From: Chrysomallon squamiferum
Taxonomy: Eukaryota; Animalia; Mollusca
Assembly: GCA_012295275.1 (NCBI GenBank)
Contig: CM022666.1
Coordinates: 3,472,001 to 3,536,000, forward strand
DNA: 64,000 nt
Direction of reading: 5' to 3'
A model generated the notes under the pieces. It made no database searches. It saw only the letters and a program-made list of their open reading frames with translations, and had not been told where the DNA came from. Shown piece by piece: positions 22,976 to 55,292 of the stretch (its first letter is position 1; every line of letters starts with the position of its first letter). The position numbers and the translations under genes were made by a program.

Positions 22976-25205
22976 ATGAATGAAGGTACAGACAAAGAGT
23001 GATTGTCTGATTAAAAATGCGTTGATGATGATGGAGGATAATAAAGAACGTATCACTGAGAAAAATCTTCTGGTTTTTATAACTTGACATGTTTTGAAGT
23101 GTGTCTGCGTGTGTAAGAGAATATTTCTCGGTTTTTCACTTTGTAAAATTATACTAAGAAATTTAGTAATTTTGTTTTCCTTTACAATTTATTATTATTA
23201 TTATTATTATTATATGTATATATTTTATTTACTATATGTATATAAAGTGCGTTTATTTGGAGGAGTTTTTTTTTTTTTTTTTTTTTTTTTTTATCTTCTT
23301 ATTTTTATCTTCGTGTTTTAACCAAAAGAAGATTTAACCTTTCTTTTTTTTTTTTTTTTTTTTTTTTTAATTATCATTCTATTAGCCACCCCACCAAGTA
23401 ATTTCTCTTTGTCAGAAAAGAAAAAAAAAAAAAAAAAAAAAAAAAAAATTCAGCCGTTGCTATGCGCTAAATAATTCACGTAAATAAATAAATCACTGAT
23501 GGCTGAACAAGGTTTTGGTCTAGTTAGTTTGCTGAAAGCTCAGAGAAAGAAAAAAAAACCCCAGCTTTCCGACCTCTAAAGAAATGGACGAGCGCTATTC
23601 TTGTTTGACCACTTAATGTGGCAGGTTTTTTTTGAATATTAATGGCTATTTGGTGTCAGATGTACCTTATCTTGTAGGACATTAACAAAAGAGAGGAATA
23701 TAAGAATCAGCACGACGCGCTTTAATGTTATTGGTTGTAACTGTAGAGAGAAAACGTACAGCACCCGTCACAAGGGTAACCTCCCAAAAGTCACACATGC
23801 CAACAGTCATTACAGTGCAGACTGGGTGCGCGCGCACTCTTCTCATGCATCACTATCATGTTACTTGTGGATTAATAGTAATAATGGTGTGATCCTAGAA
23901 GGGAAGGATTTTAGAGTGTGAGGGACATAATTAAACCCCTGTATTGAAAAAAAGAAAAAAAGAGGAAAAAAAAAAAGAACAACAACTGTAAAAGTATGTA
24001 AAATTTTTATTAATTCTATTGAGGTTTATGTGAATACCGATCAATTTCGTCACCAGATTTCAGTTAACAATATTTAATAATATCTAAATAACGGATTCAT
24101 ATTACTAAAAATAACATCTAACTACACATATAATCAGGATCACAAAATATTACTCAAAATAATAAGTAGAAGCGCCTATATAATATTTAGGCCAAATAAG
24201 TGTTTACAAATTAGAAAACTGGAATGTAATTAGTTTTAGTCAAGCAAATGGAGAAGTGATAATAATACATAATGAAAATATCATTACATGAGTTCACCAA
24301 ATGTGTTTACAAATGTGTTTTGTAGAAAAATTTTCAGAATTTGAGATGTTACTGCGACCAACTCTTAATTAAATTAAAATTTATACAACATGTGAACGAA
24401 GACACATTTTCGTTAGTAATTTACTAACACAGCTCAGAACATATCTTCGCTCTGGAATAGAACAATTAATTACAGTTGGGAACATCCCAGTATTCCATCT
24501 GACTGACTTTTGGATGTGTGACCATTGGCACGTTTCACTTTTGGGCATAAACCGTAACAAGGGTTCCTTTATAGTTAGTGTCTGCAGTAGGGCCGCCTTG
24601 AGTTTGAACATAGACGTCTAAATATATTTACGGTCATAAATACATTAACTTCATTACATATAGTTCAGTGTACTTCTATGACCGGAGAAAGTTCAGTTCA
24701 GGTAACGTGAGCTTAAATGAATTTTAAAAAGCGGTTCTGAAAAAAAAAAAAAAAAAAAAATCAGAAGGATTAAGAAACATTTTTTATTTTTTTTTTTTTT
24801 TTTTTTCTTTCCCATAGACCTGAAAAAGAATAATACAGATTTTATGAAGCTAAAAAGGTAAGAGAGAAAAGATAACAAAAAAATTAAGTCAGACACAGTA
24901 GTCATTCATTGATGTAAGGAGTCCATGCAGAACGTAGAGTCGGCCGAAAACAAGGTTTCCCAATCTCGTCACGCTGTTTTCTTTCGGTGTGGAAATTCTC
25001 AGGCAGTACCAAGGACAGCGGGAAAAACACCAAGGTCGTGTACCTTTCTGCTCAGTGCATATCAGTCACGTGTGAGCTTCAGTGCTTCAAGAAAACACGT
25101 TAATGTAATCTGTTTCATGTCGGTTTTTTTTTTTTTTTTTTTTTTTTTCCGTTACCATTGTTGGATCATACCATTATGTTAACAAAAGGGGTCACAGGAT
25201 TGCAA

Positions 25206-25240
<35 letters not shown>

Positions 25241-25379
25241 ATATATTAATCATAATAAAAGGGGAAAATAAAGGGCACTTAATTTTGGTACACAGCTGGC
25301 GTAAGAATATGTATACGATTTTCGTAACAGCTGCATTGGCCTGCCGGAACATTATTCAGACGTTTTAATTACCCCAGTG

Positions 25380-25419
<40 letters not shown>

Positions 25420-25560
25420 CGTGTGTGTGTGTATGTGTGTGTGTGTGTTATATGCCATGTATTCGATTTATTTGCAATATTATAAAAAGATGTAATAAAA
25501 AATACATCGTAGAAAATACCCATCGTTACATTTTTTAAAGATAATTTTATTTTTTTCTTT

Positions 25561-25622
<62 letters not shown>

Positions 25623-26964
25623 TCTTCTTCTTCTTCTTCTTCTTCTTCTTCCTAAAGCACCAAATACATCATTTGTAATTAATAAACATCGTGTTGTTGT
25701 TGTTATTGTGGTGGTGATAGTTATTTAAAACATGTACGTTTTTAATCCAACCTATAATTACTTCATATATTTGTGAGGACCAACAAATAATGAGAAAATT
25801 AAAAAAGGTAAATGGGTTAAATAGGCATATATCAATAATATATTATACTTATAATTCTAACCTTATATTATAGATAAACTAGATATTTGCGTTATATGCT
25901 GAAAATCAAATAATTTAGGCGTTTATATTGTCCCAATTTTACCGTAATTCACTAGTAACAACATATAGCCTATTCAAATTAATCAGTTTGGCTTTTTTAA
26001 TAATAATAATAATATAACATCATATCACATAATTAATAATAATCCGCCAAAAAATCTCTTTTTGTTGACTTCTCTGATATAGAAAAACAATTCGTATTTA
26101 TGACCAGGATAGTCTTCCATACATACAGAACTGAATCTGTTTCAGGTTATGACCCTCGGTGACCTCCGTAATAATACTGGGATTCCAGAAGGTATGGCAA
26201 GCAGAGCGTGAAGTGAAGTCTAGATCAATACTTTGAATCAAACCCAATGAACAAAAATAGCGAAATCTACGAATCTGAATCAAAGAATAATACTCCTGTA
26301 CGGTCACCCATCGTCAAATTCAGTTTTCGCCTTTCAGGACTTCGGTTGCAAAGCAAAAAGCTCTGTTTGAATTTGATTGAACGCAACTACACTGTTCAGA
26401 CGTCATAAGAATTTAATTTGCACCGAGTGGAGACGAATATAGCATTTCTAAAGAATCTTTTGTAGCAAAGGCGACCAGGTAAGAAATGTATTGATTTTTT
26501 TTTTTTTTTTTCCTTACCGTTTATTATAAAAACAATACAAATGACGTAGACTTGTAATTTTTTTACTTTGCTGTATATATGTCGCGAATGTTAATATAAA
26601 ATGCTTTAGTACTTATTCATAAATAGTTTTACTAAATACTGATAATAACACAAAATTGAAATTACTTATGAAAATCCGCTTCAGGAAAATATTGTTAATA
26701 TTTATGATCGATATTCTAAATTAGGGGCAGCGTTTGCTGCTTATAGTCTTGATGAAATATTGTAAATTTTACTTATTATGGTCAGACATATTAATTTATT
26801 TATTTAATTAGTTAGGTAATTACTTACTTACTTACCTTCTTAGTTAATTAGTTTAGTTTACTTACTTTTCAAAAAAATTTCATTCATGCATACTTTTTGA
26901 ATTTTGTAGTTAGAAAGTTTACGTATGTTTGTGTGTGTATAAATATAAATAACCAAATAATAAT

Positions 26965-27107
<143 letters not shown>

Positions 27108-27763
27108 GTATGAGTGTGTGTGTATACGTGTATGTCTCTATGTAAGTATGTATATATGCGTATGCATTTGTGTATGTATATGTATGTGATTGTTTATATG
27201 TTTTATATTTATGTATACGTTTGCGCGGAAGGTACAAATGTACGTGCAATTTGTAGGTTTCTGTGCTGCGTATAAAACAACAAAATGTCGTTTAAACAGC
27301 TCCAAGAATGTAGAAATTATTTGTTTATTAATGTGCAGACGTCGTAACGATGTTTGACATCTTAAGAATTCATCTACACGAATTGTCAGCAGATTCATTT
27401 CTGGTATGTGTTGTTATTCGTTTCGTTTTGCTTTACTTTTTTTTATTTATACTTTTCTGTTGATATGTTTGTAAATATACGTGTGTGTAAAGTGATATAT
27501 CTTTGTATTTGTCAGATCTATTTATGTCTGTGAATCTTATGTATATTTCTATATGACTTGACATCGCGTATCTGTTCATACATAACTAAGAACATAACTA
27601 CACTCACGTAGATACCTACAAATATATCCCCATACACATACATATCTACAATATACCTACATATACATACGTAGAAAATAAAAATATATATACATACATA
27701 TATATACACTAAACACACACATTCCTGCAAACATATCTATGTACACATACACACATATATATG

Positions 27764-27807
<44 letters not shown>

Positions 27808-27811
27808 TGTG

Positions 27812-27878
<67 letters not shown>

Positions 27879-28146
27879 TATATATATATATATATACTGT
27901 CTGCCCTCTCACGCTCTTTGCTCTAGAGGTACCTCACGTGACACAAGGCATGCATGAATGTTTTATGTTTTGTGACGTTTGAAACATCGAGGCCAGCTTC
28001 GTGCACACGTTAAAGGTAGATGTTCGAGTCGTATTAATATTTGTACTTTTTTTTTTTTTTTTCTATTAGTTATTGGGGGATTTTTATTTTTTTTTATTTT
28101 TATTTTTTTTTATTTTTTTTTTGATTGTTAGTTTTTTATTTATTTT

Positions 28147-28197
<51 letters not shown>

Positions 28198-28699
28198 CTT
28201 ATTATTATTATTATTTATTATTATTATTATTTATTATTATTTATTTATTATTATTATTATTTATTATTTATTATTATTTATTATTATAATTATTATTATT
28301 ATTATTTATGATTATCATGATTTTCTACTCTCTGTGTTAAAGTTGTAGAATGAAGTATAATATATCGTAGTATCGATTCTTCACGGGGCTCTCCTTATAA
28401 CATTTCCCGTTCAAGCCGGTTCTACATGTCTCGTGAGAAAAATGTGGTAGCGCGTCGTGTCTTGACTGTGAATAAAACCTTTAAAAGAGCCCTCGTTGCT
28501 CATCGTAGAAAAGTAGGTCACTGCAGGACTAAAGTCGATTTACTGTCACCAGATATTTGCTGATACTTACTGATCTGTTCTCAGTTCAGTGAAGCTACAG
28601 ATAAACTGTTTTCAAACTAAATATGTTGTTTGTATTAGTCTGATTAGACTCTGCACATAGACAGTAGTTGGGGAAGGACTTGCGCAGGAGGACAAAGTC

Positions 28700-28805
28700 C
28701 AATCACGACCGTACAAACCTCGTCAGATGCCGCTGACGAGACTCGAACGTATGGCACCCATTCGCCCGCACTCCGAATGCGGTCAATGTTACCGTTCGGC
28801 TATCA
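28700..28805 (-). mobile_element. tRNA-derived head (SINE or tRNA pseudogene)
   Basis: The minus strand reads GATAGCCGAACGGTAA (A box) ... GTTCGAGTCTCG (B box). No complete cloverleaf could be drawn. Confidence 0.4.
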
Positions 28806-28820
28806 AGACAACCCTTAACA

Positions 28821-28852
<32 letters not shown>

Positions 28853-29815
28853 ATTTATTCAACAACCGAGGGTAATTATTGCTTCCCACAAAGCACGCCA
28901 TTCTTTGTGTTTCGTCGATTTTTGCGTGCATCTGTTTGTTAGTGGGAAACCTGACACTGGCATGTATGTAGTTTAGGATTTTGAATATTCTCTGACGTAT
29001 GTACGTCTGATTAGACTCTGCACATAGACAGTATTCGAGAATGCACTGGCATGTATGAGTGTGTGTACGTATATATATGTATGTATGCATGTATGTATGC
29101 ATGTATGTATATATGTATGTATTTTTGTGTCTATGTATGAATGTAAGTACGTGTGCATGTATGTATGTGTGTGTGTTTATTTGTCTGTCCATATATGAAT
29201 GTTTGTATGTGTGTATGTATATGAGTATATGTACTTTTAAAAGTAATTGCACAATTTTTTAATCCTTTTTCTTAGTCATCCGTTGTAAATTGTTTCTGTT
29301 TTTTGTATTAAATATAATTTAAGTAAATATCTTCTGTCAGTGTTTGTCATTTACAAGAAGAGACTTCATGTGCAATACAACCTATATGCCAGTGCTGAAA
29401 AACTGATTTACATAGAAATTGTATACAATATTTGTTTTATCACTTTAAAAGGTTTTTGTCGAAAGACTTTTTTCACTGTGAATAGTGTGTTAATATTGTA
29501 TATATCAATGTTTAGATTCGCGTCTCTGTGGGTATTTTTTTTTATATGTATTTTAAATTGCATTTACACCCCTGCTGATTGCTTGTATATACGGGTGTGT
29601 GTGTGTTAGTATCTGTCTATAGATATCTATACATACATATATATATACATACCTACTTATATATATAAGATGTATTATCCCACGTTAGAAACACTCATAA
29701 TATTTTATGCTCTGAAAAGTGGAGTATAAAATGTAATTTAAAATACATAAAAGAAAAACTCATATACTGATACAAAGAGAGAGAGGATATAGTATTTTTA
29801 AAATATATTGCATTC

Positions 29816-30035
<220 letters not shown>

Positions 30036-30209
30036 TAATGTACTTATTAGCATATGTTCTGTTTACCTACATTTACATCTTACTTAATCATTCATTTATA
30101 TACTGACTTCAAATACCGATATTTACTTACACACACGTACTTACGTTAAACACGTATACTAATTTATGTACGTTTTTATTTGTTACTTCTCACAGAAAAC
30201 AAGGACATC

Positions 30210-41687
<11,478 letters not shown>

Positions 41688-42354
41688 CCAAAGTATTAAA
41701 CATTTGACAATTTAACAACTACCTTTGCATCTGCTTTATATTTTGTTACCTTTTTATTATACTGACGTTGTTGTTAGCTTTAGAGATGATGATGACGATA
41801 ATGGTGATGATGATGACAAAAATGGCGATGATAGTGGTGATAGTACTATTAATACTAATACTTTCAACACTACAACTTCTATAATATTATACTGTTACTG
41901 CTACTAATGCTAGTGTTACTAATGCTACAAGTTACATTATCGTTATTACTTTACTACTGCTACTATTACTATACTATTACTTCTGCTTCTACTATTACTG
42001 ATACTGCTGATACTACTACTACTACTGCTTTTTCTACTACATCCAGTTTCTTACATAATTATTGTTTTAATTATTATTACTGTAGCAGCTGTTTATTATC
42101 ATCATCGTTACCAAAATCAGTTACCACTGAATAAAAATAATAAAGTTATACAAAAATAATAAAATGTACACTGTTATTTTGTGTATTTCAATTTAATACA
42201 TTATTTGTTTCAAAAACTAATAAAAGAGAATTTTATTATATTAATTATATATATCATATATATATATTATTCACATATATTACCCAAAACACACACACAC
42301 ATAAAGAGAGAAAGAGAAATACCAACAGTATTATTATTATTATTATTATTATTA

Positions 42355-42419
<65 letters not shown>

Positions 42420-42955
42420 AAATTAATATATATTATATATTACAAGTAACGTCAGTGCAAAACAGATTTATTTCGATTTAATTTGGACATTTAGTGTAAA
42501 TCAGAGGTTCACAAACGCTTTTCTCTCTAACTGTACACCTTGTATTACACTGGTGTTTACCTCTTTAATAATATCCTCACAAAACAACTTCCGTGTGATT
42601 AGATAAAACGAGATTGAAAGGTGCACAGTCCTTTAACTGATAAAATATAATGCAAAACTATAGTTTTTGAAAATAAATAAATAAATAAATAAAATAATGT
42701 GTGGGACCGGGACTTATTACTGAATTTTTGTTCAGGTACACCAGGTAACTATGGCACACATCCAAGGTTTATGTCATACCACAGTTTGAAATCCTCTCTT
42801 TTATATCATTCATTAAAAGGAAAAATACGAGAAAGAAAGAAAAAAAAAAGACACAAAAAAAGGATTGAAAATAAAATTTAAGAAATATATATTAATATAA
42901 AAGAACGAAGCGAAACAAAGGATGAAAATATTGATTACAAATTCAAAATGGATCT

Positions 42956-48455
<5,500 letters not shown>

Positions 48456-48685
48456 ATCAAGATGTCGGAAAATGTATCTAAAAAAAAAAATAAATAAAAA
48501 AACCAGAAAGATAAACACAAAGGAATTTTGAAATTTTCGTGGAGATAAGGTTACGGAAAGTTCGTGCTGTTATTATTATTAATAATTATAATAAGCTGAA
48601 TCAATATAATAATAACGCCAAGAAGAAGAAAGCAAGAATGATGATCATGATGATAATAATAATAATAACAACAACAGCAATACTA

Positions 48686-48945
<260 letters not shown>

Positions 48946-51047
48946 ATACTTAAGAAACAGAAAGAGAGAGTGGTATAATAAGGAACATTCGTCTTTATTT
49001 TTACATGTGTATCTAAGGCGTACATGAACATTAACAACCTAGTTCATTCTCAATATCTTTACTCTGTATCCCTCTGTGTAAATCTGCTTTCAGTCCCACA
49101 AACTCTTTATTTCGAAAGCGTTTTTTTACATACAAAGTATACATTTAAGCGTCATAAAATATAAACACTTATACCTAATACTGTTGCTTAACAAAAGTTA
49201 CCTTCAACAAATATTTGCTGTCTCGAACTTCTTGCGTTCCAGGCAATTTAATTTGTCAGCGAGTGAAATGCGTGAACTTGGTGTAAACTGTTCACACAGC
49301 CTGGCATTTATCAGTATTGTTCTCGGTGCGGATTCTGTTTACATCATGTCCTGGGTTAACTGCGGGAATGCTGCAGCAAACGGAATCAATCTGGGAGGGC
49401 CTAGTTTAGGAACGGGCAAGCAGAAAGCATCTTTAGTCACCCACGAACTGAAGAGTGAGGTCAAATTTGGCTTAGCTGAATTCAATTGGCCGTAGGTTTT
49501 AACCTCTTTAATGCAAACTTTGGCTCGTATCCCGTTCCACCTTGTGCTCATTTTGTGGATTATCTAATGCTGGAGGTATTTTTTTTTCGAAAAATGTATA
49601 TTAACGATGTATTGCTGAATAACCATTTGAAGTAGTTCTACTGAATTTGTTAAGTTTTCAACATCAAAAAGAAAATATAGATGCAGTTTTTTTTTTTTTT
49701 TTTTTTTTTTTTTAGTCTTTTTTATATATATAGGTCTATACCTTTTTAATTACTTCATTTAATTACTTCATTATAATGTTTCTTCGTCCAGCCTCTGCTT
49801 GTTTATCAAACACCCTGGTACGTACTGTCCTGACTGTGGAAAGGTGAGTGTATAATGACAGTATTACCGATAAACGAAAAATAGCTGCAGGTTTCTTTTT
49901 CATTTTCTTTTCTCCTTCTTTTCATTGTTTTCTATTTCTTTCCTTTTTTTTCTTTTTATTTCTTTTTTTCATTTCTTCCTTTTCTAATTTCCTTTTTCTT
50001 CATCTAATTTTTTTTTATTTTGCTTCATCTTTTTTTTTCTTCTTTTCATCCGTTTCCTTATTCATTTTCAAAATCATCTGTTTATAATCAGGTGCTTAAA
50101 GCAGAAAAGAAATAAATCTAAAAACAAATAGCTTATAAAAAAAAAAAAAAAAAAAAAACATTCTGTAAACACATAATGTATTATTAATGTTTGCATTAAA
50201 TGGAAAGCAGGGCGTTTATGGCTATGATATTTAAACAGTCTTCAATTTAACGCGTCAGATGTGTTGGAAAGAAATAAGAAAATCTTAGCAAACATGACCT
50301 GCTAATGGTGAGGAAAACACACAGACACACACACACACACACACACACCCACCCACACATACACAGCCACACACACACACACACACACAGACAAACCCGT
50401 TTTTATCAAATGTAAAACTGGACGTACGGCGTCAGGTTCACAACGGAAACACGATGCTAGCGATATTCTTTTGTCTGTTACTGTTCCCATTACAAGGTAG
50501 TGTTCTGTTAAAACCGTGTACAAAAATAACTGGTTTGATAGGTTTCTACGTCATTAAATTTCTGATAATCTTTTTTTCCATGACGAAAGGTTTTTTTTTT
50601 TTTTTTTTTACAGATTTTTAAAAGTAATTTCGTGAAGAAGCATTCTGTGTACTTGTATTTCTGAAGCGTTAGTTATTTATGTAACTGTAGTAGATACATT
50701 TTTTTTTTTTTAAACACTATTATTCTGAACAGTTTGTATTTTGTTTGAAACTGTTTTTATTATTATTATTATTTTAATGTGCATTGCGTAGATTGGTGTT
50801 TGTAGGCTAATCTAGTTTTATATTTTATATTTTATATTATAATCATATTTTCTCTGTTTTACGTAAGTTTACATCTTAAATTATAGTAAAAACAATTAGT
50901 ATGGAACTTTATTGTTAGTTATTTGTTGATTAGGATGTAATTAAGAATACAGAGAATTTGCGATGTGTATTAGAAATATATTTCTATAATTAATCTACGT
51001 AAATTGTCTCTATTTGTACTAGTATAAGTCTTTAGGTACGTACACAT

Positions 51048-51132
<85 letters not shown>

Positions 51133-51595
51133 CTTTTCATATGAAATGTTTTTATTTATTTTTTATTTTCTTTAATAAGTTCATGCAGATTGGTTCTTCT
51201 CAAACGTACAAAAGTCGAGAACACCTGAAAACTATTTAACACAACGTGAAAACAAAGGTTAGTTTTAAACAGGATAACGTAAAGAGTATTTCAGAGAGAT
51301 GCTACTAATTGTAACAGAATTGATTATAAATATAAATACTCTACAGTTGATTTAGTGCACTATAAATAAATAAATAAATAAAAGACGAAGACAGAAAATA
51401 TTCACTGTTCGATGTGTAAGCGTACGCGCGCACGCGCAGGTGTGTGTGTGTGCGTGTGTATGCGTGCCTCTGTGTGAGATAGAGAGTCAGACTACGAGAA
51501 AGATACGTAAAGATTTCAGTCTGGAAAGCAAACAGAGCAAATCTAAAGTTTTTAATATCATATCTTTATTTATTCAACATTATTATTAAAATTAC

Positions 51596-51638
<43 letters not shown>

Positions 51639-51650
51639 TATTAATATTAA

Positions 51651-51688
<38 letters not shown>

Positions 51689-51757
51689 TTATTGATTTTT
51701 TGACCTACTGATTTATTGATTTATTTATTTATACGATTAGTTGTTTGTTTATTTCAG

Positions 51758-51839
51758 AGCTTTTTTACGTAACTATTGGAATAGTTTCAGGAACAGTTGT
51801 GTTAGTTATAGGCATTGGTATCTACTGCTGGTGGAATGT
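51758..51839 (+). other. Candidate orphan coding exon encoding one transmembrane helix
   Basis: tttcag| ... |gtaagt with consensus splice sites; reads (E)LFYVTIGIVSGTVVLVIGIGIYCWWNV. Confidence 0.45.
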
Positions 51840-52029
51840 GTAAGTGTTGTTTAACCACAACATAAAGAGAATGTACATAAAGAGAATGAGCTGTGACCGG
51901 GCAGTGGTATCATATACTACTGTTTTTTTCACGATGAATGCTCTGATAATTTATGTGTAAATTATATCGTTATTCTTAATAAATTATACTTTCCTTATAA
52001 AACTGCAGACAATGTACGTAATAGAAACA

Positions 52030-52123
<94 letters not shown>

Positions 52124-52370
52124 ATACATATACAAGCACTAATAAAGGGAGACAATTTACATAGATTACACAGAGAAACGACAGAACTGGGGAAAGACTG
52201 GAAGGACAGAGAAAGAGATAAAAATAAAAATAATTACCAATATTTTAAAATACGTTTAATATTTGTATTTCATTTAATCGAATTTTCTTAGTAGTTCCAA
52301 CGATATGTACTGAGTATTCACCACCATCATCATCATCTTCATTATTGTTTTTATTATTATTTCTTTTTTA

Positions 52371-52585
52371 TCCGTCTGTTAGTTTTTGAAACTTTTCCTA
52401 TGAAGCAAGTGTTTGAAGAAAAGATGTGTGATAATCAGATAAATGACTGCAATATATTTTATTTTCCATTTAGTTATTAAAAAGTTACTTATTATATACA
52501 TAAATATTAAGTAGATTAAGCTATCTAATTATATATATACATATACATAATTATATATATTATTGTTATGATGATTCTTCTTCTT

Positions 52586-52654
<69 letters not shown>

Positions 52655-52851
52655 TTTTTTTTTAGAGAACTCTATCTGTCTGTTAGTTTTCGAAACTTTT
52701 CCTATGAACCAAGCGTTTGAAGAAAAGATGTGTGATAATCAGATAAATGACTGTAATATATTTTATTTTCCATTTAGTTATTAAAAAGTTATTTTTGTTG
52801 TACTGTTTATTTATTTATTATATACATCAATATTAAGTAGATTAAGCTATG

Positions 52852-52862
<11 letters not shown>
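52371..52862. repeat. ~170-bp direct duplication separated by (CTT)n(ATT)n
   Basis: 52371-52540 and 52676-52860 are nearly identical apart from a ~20-bp indel. Confidence 0.85.
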
Positions 52863-52901
<39 letters not shown>

Positions 52902-54278
52902 CATACACACAAACATACATATATATATATACAGACAGACAGACAGAGAGGCAGACAGACATGGATAGAGATACACACACACATGTGCACATATTGTTAT
53001 ATATTTATGTAACCTAATGTATTCAGCACTATATATGCGAAGGGTTAACGACGTCACTAAATACTTGTTTAATCAACCAGTTGAATATGTCCAGTTTTAC
53101 TGTTAGACACCACATTGGCATTTATGGTAAGATAAAACTCTACACCTCAAAACAATACAGGCTACTCTGTTTTTGAATAACAGCCAGGAATATCTGAGAT
53201 GATGTTAGCGATAAAAGAAAGGGACGTATTATGATCTTTGATAACTTGTCGTGCAGAAATGGTAGATCGGGAAGATTATTAAGAGAAACATCGAGACAGA
53301 TCACCCTCTGTCACTGAGTCAAAACAGACGGACGTACAGGTGGACTGGGGGGTGAGGGGTTATTTAAGAAATATTACTTCATTTTTGTTTCTAACACAAT
53401 TCCATGAATATTAAATTACATACTTGGCAAAAACTAATTTGCTCCTTAACCTGAACATATTAAAACATTATTCAACTCTATTCATCTCGAAAGCTCGTCG
53501 ATATTTCTGTATTTTGAATTTCAATCTGATGAGTTCCAATGAATCCAAACAACCAACGGATGGTTAATTTTTAATAGAAATCAAACAGACACAGATATTA
53601 CAGTTACTGTCACGATATACTGGGTCGGGGCTAAATACTGGTGAAACAAACCAGTTTTTCATACATTTTATTTACGGCTAGGACATAATTTTCCATAAGT
53701 TTTCAAGAGGAACTATCAATTTAGCTTTCTTGAATCCACGCGCATGTGTATTAACAAGTTAGGGCATGCTGGTGACCTAGAACAGACACTGACATGCGCA
53801 GTTCAGTTAGTTACGCGTTAAAATGGCGATATACAACTAAGAAGATTTTTATATGTAAAGTTATTCAACTTTTCTGAATAAAAAGAATTAAGTTTGGTAA
53901 ACATGAATTGTGGAACATCTACAAAGTCATTTTATACACAGGTACGTACTATTATGTCAGTTTAGTTAATCTTTGCATTTAATTGTATGAAAAAACAAAA
54001 CAAATATGTCACTTATTATCATATTGTGCGCGCACACACATATCCTCTTACACATTTTGTTTTACTTTAATTTTAATCATTTTTTATTTTTATTTAGATT
54101 ATATCATTTATTTAATTAATTATGTTTTTATCTTTTTATAAAAGAATGTAATTATTATATTTCTTTTATATTTCTTGTTGTTTTACAAACAATATTTATT
54201 ACTGATTATGACGAACTATTTATAGCCTCAGTTCTAGAAGAATGTTATTTATTATTTCTCAGAAACCTTAATCTTAAG

Positions 54279-54318
<40 letters not shown>

Positions 54319-54394
54319 TTTTAAAACAGTCTTATGAATGGGTGCTTTCTCTTGGAAATGGCGTTCGTGTTACTGCTTTTTTAATGAACCGACC

Positions 54395-54435
<41 letters not shown>

Positions 54436-54438
54436 AAC

Positions 54439-54480
<42 letters not shown>

Positions 54481-55292
54481 GTATCGGTGTACATATTCAT
54501 TTTCAACAACAACCACAATCACAACAACAGATGTATTTATTTATGATAATAAGAATGCATTCATACTTTCTAAATCCGTCTGTTAGTAATACAGTTGACA
54601 ACTTCAACTAGTGACCTGACAACTGTTTATAGCTTGGGTGGAAAGCCCAGTTCACGAACTAAATTAATATTCATTACGTCTATGAAATCTTCAAGGAGTT
54701 AGAAACAAGCCAACAAAATAGTGTTAATATGTTGTTATTCAAAATACTGTCAATTATCCGAAAAATGTTATTAGAGTATCAAAAACGTTTTAAATAATAA
54801 ATGTATGTATCTATATATGTCTGTGTGTATATGTTGTAAATATATTTTGTAACTTTGTTATTGGAGACAAGTAACACAAAATGATCTGTTACTTGTTAGT
54901 ATTCATGATCTCGGGATCCAGTTGTACAAATCAGACCTGGGCAAACTGCGTGGTTTCGTGAACTGCATGCTCATTTTTATTTATTTATTTTTTCTCATAA
55001 AATTAGATGAATAAATTAGAAACTGATATTATTACTTTTGCAAATTTGAAATTATTTATGTCTGTTATTTAAAGAAAATAGATACATATTCATATTGAAT
55101 ACATCAAGTTTTTCAAGTATTCATTTACGACGAACTATTTACAGCCTGGGCGAAAAGCTCAGTTCTTCACCAATGTTATTTATTACTTCTGAGAAACATT
55201 AATCTAAAGAAACACACCTAAAAAAAACCCAAATATATATATTTTTTTCACATCGCTGAAAAATATATGCTGGCAATTATAATTCAGGCCTC

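Noticed and set aside
28720-28805. Functional tRNA gene
   Set aside because: A and B boxes are present, but acceptor and anticodon stems could not be paired; treated as a SINE head or pseudogene.
49184-49551. Opposing 103-aa and 70-aa ORFs upstream of SLC1-B
   Set aside because: No motifs. The region more likely holds the SLC1-B 5'UTR exon (donor near 49200) and promoter.
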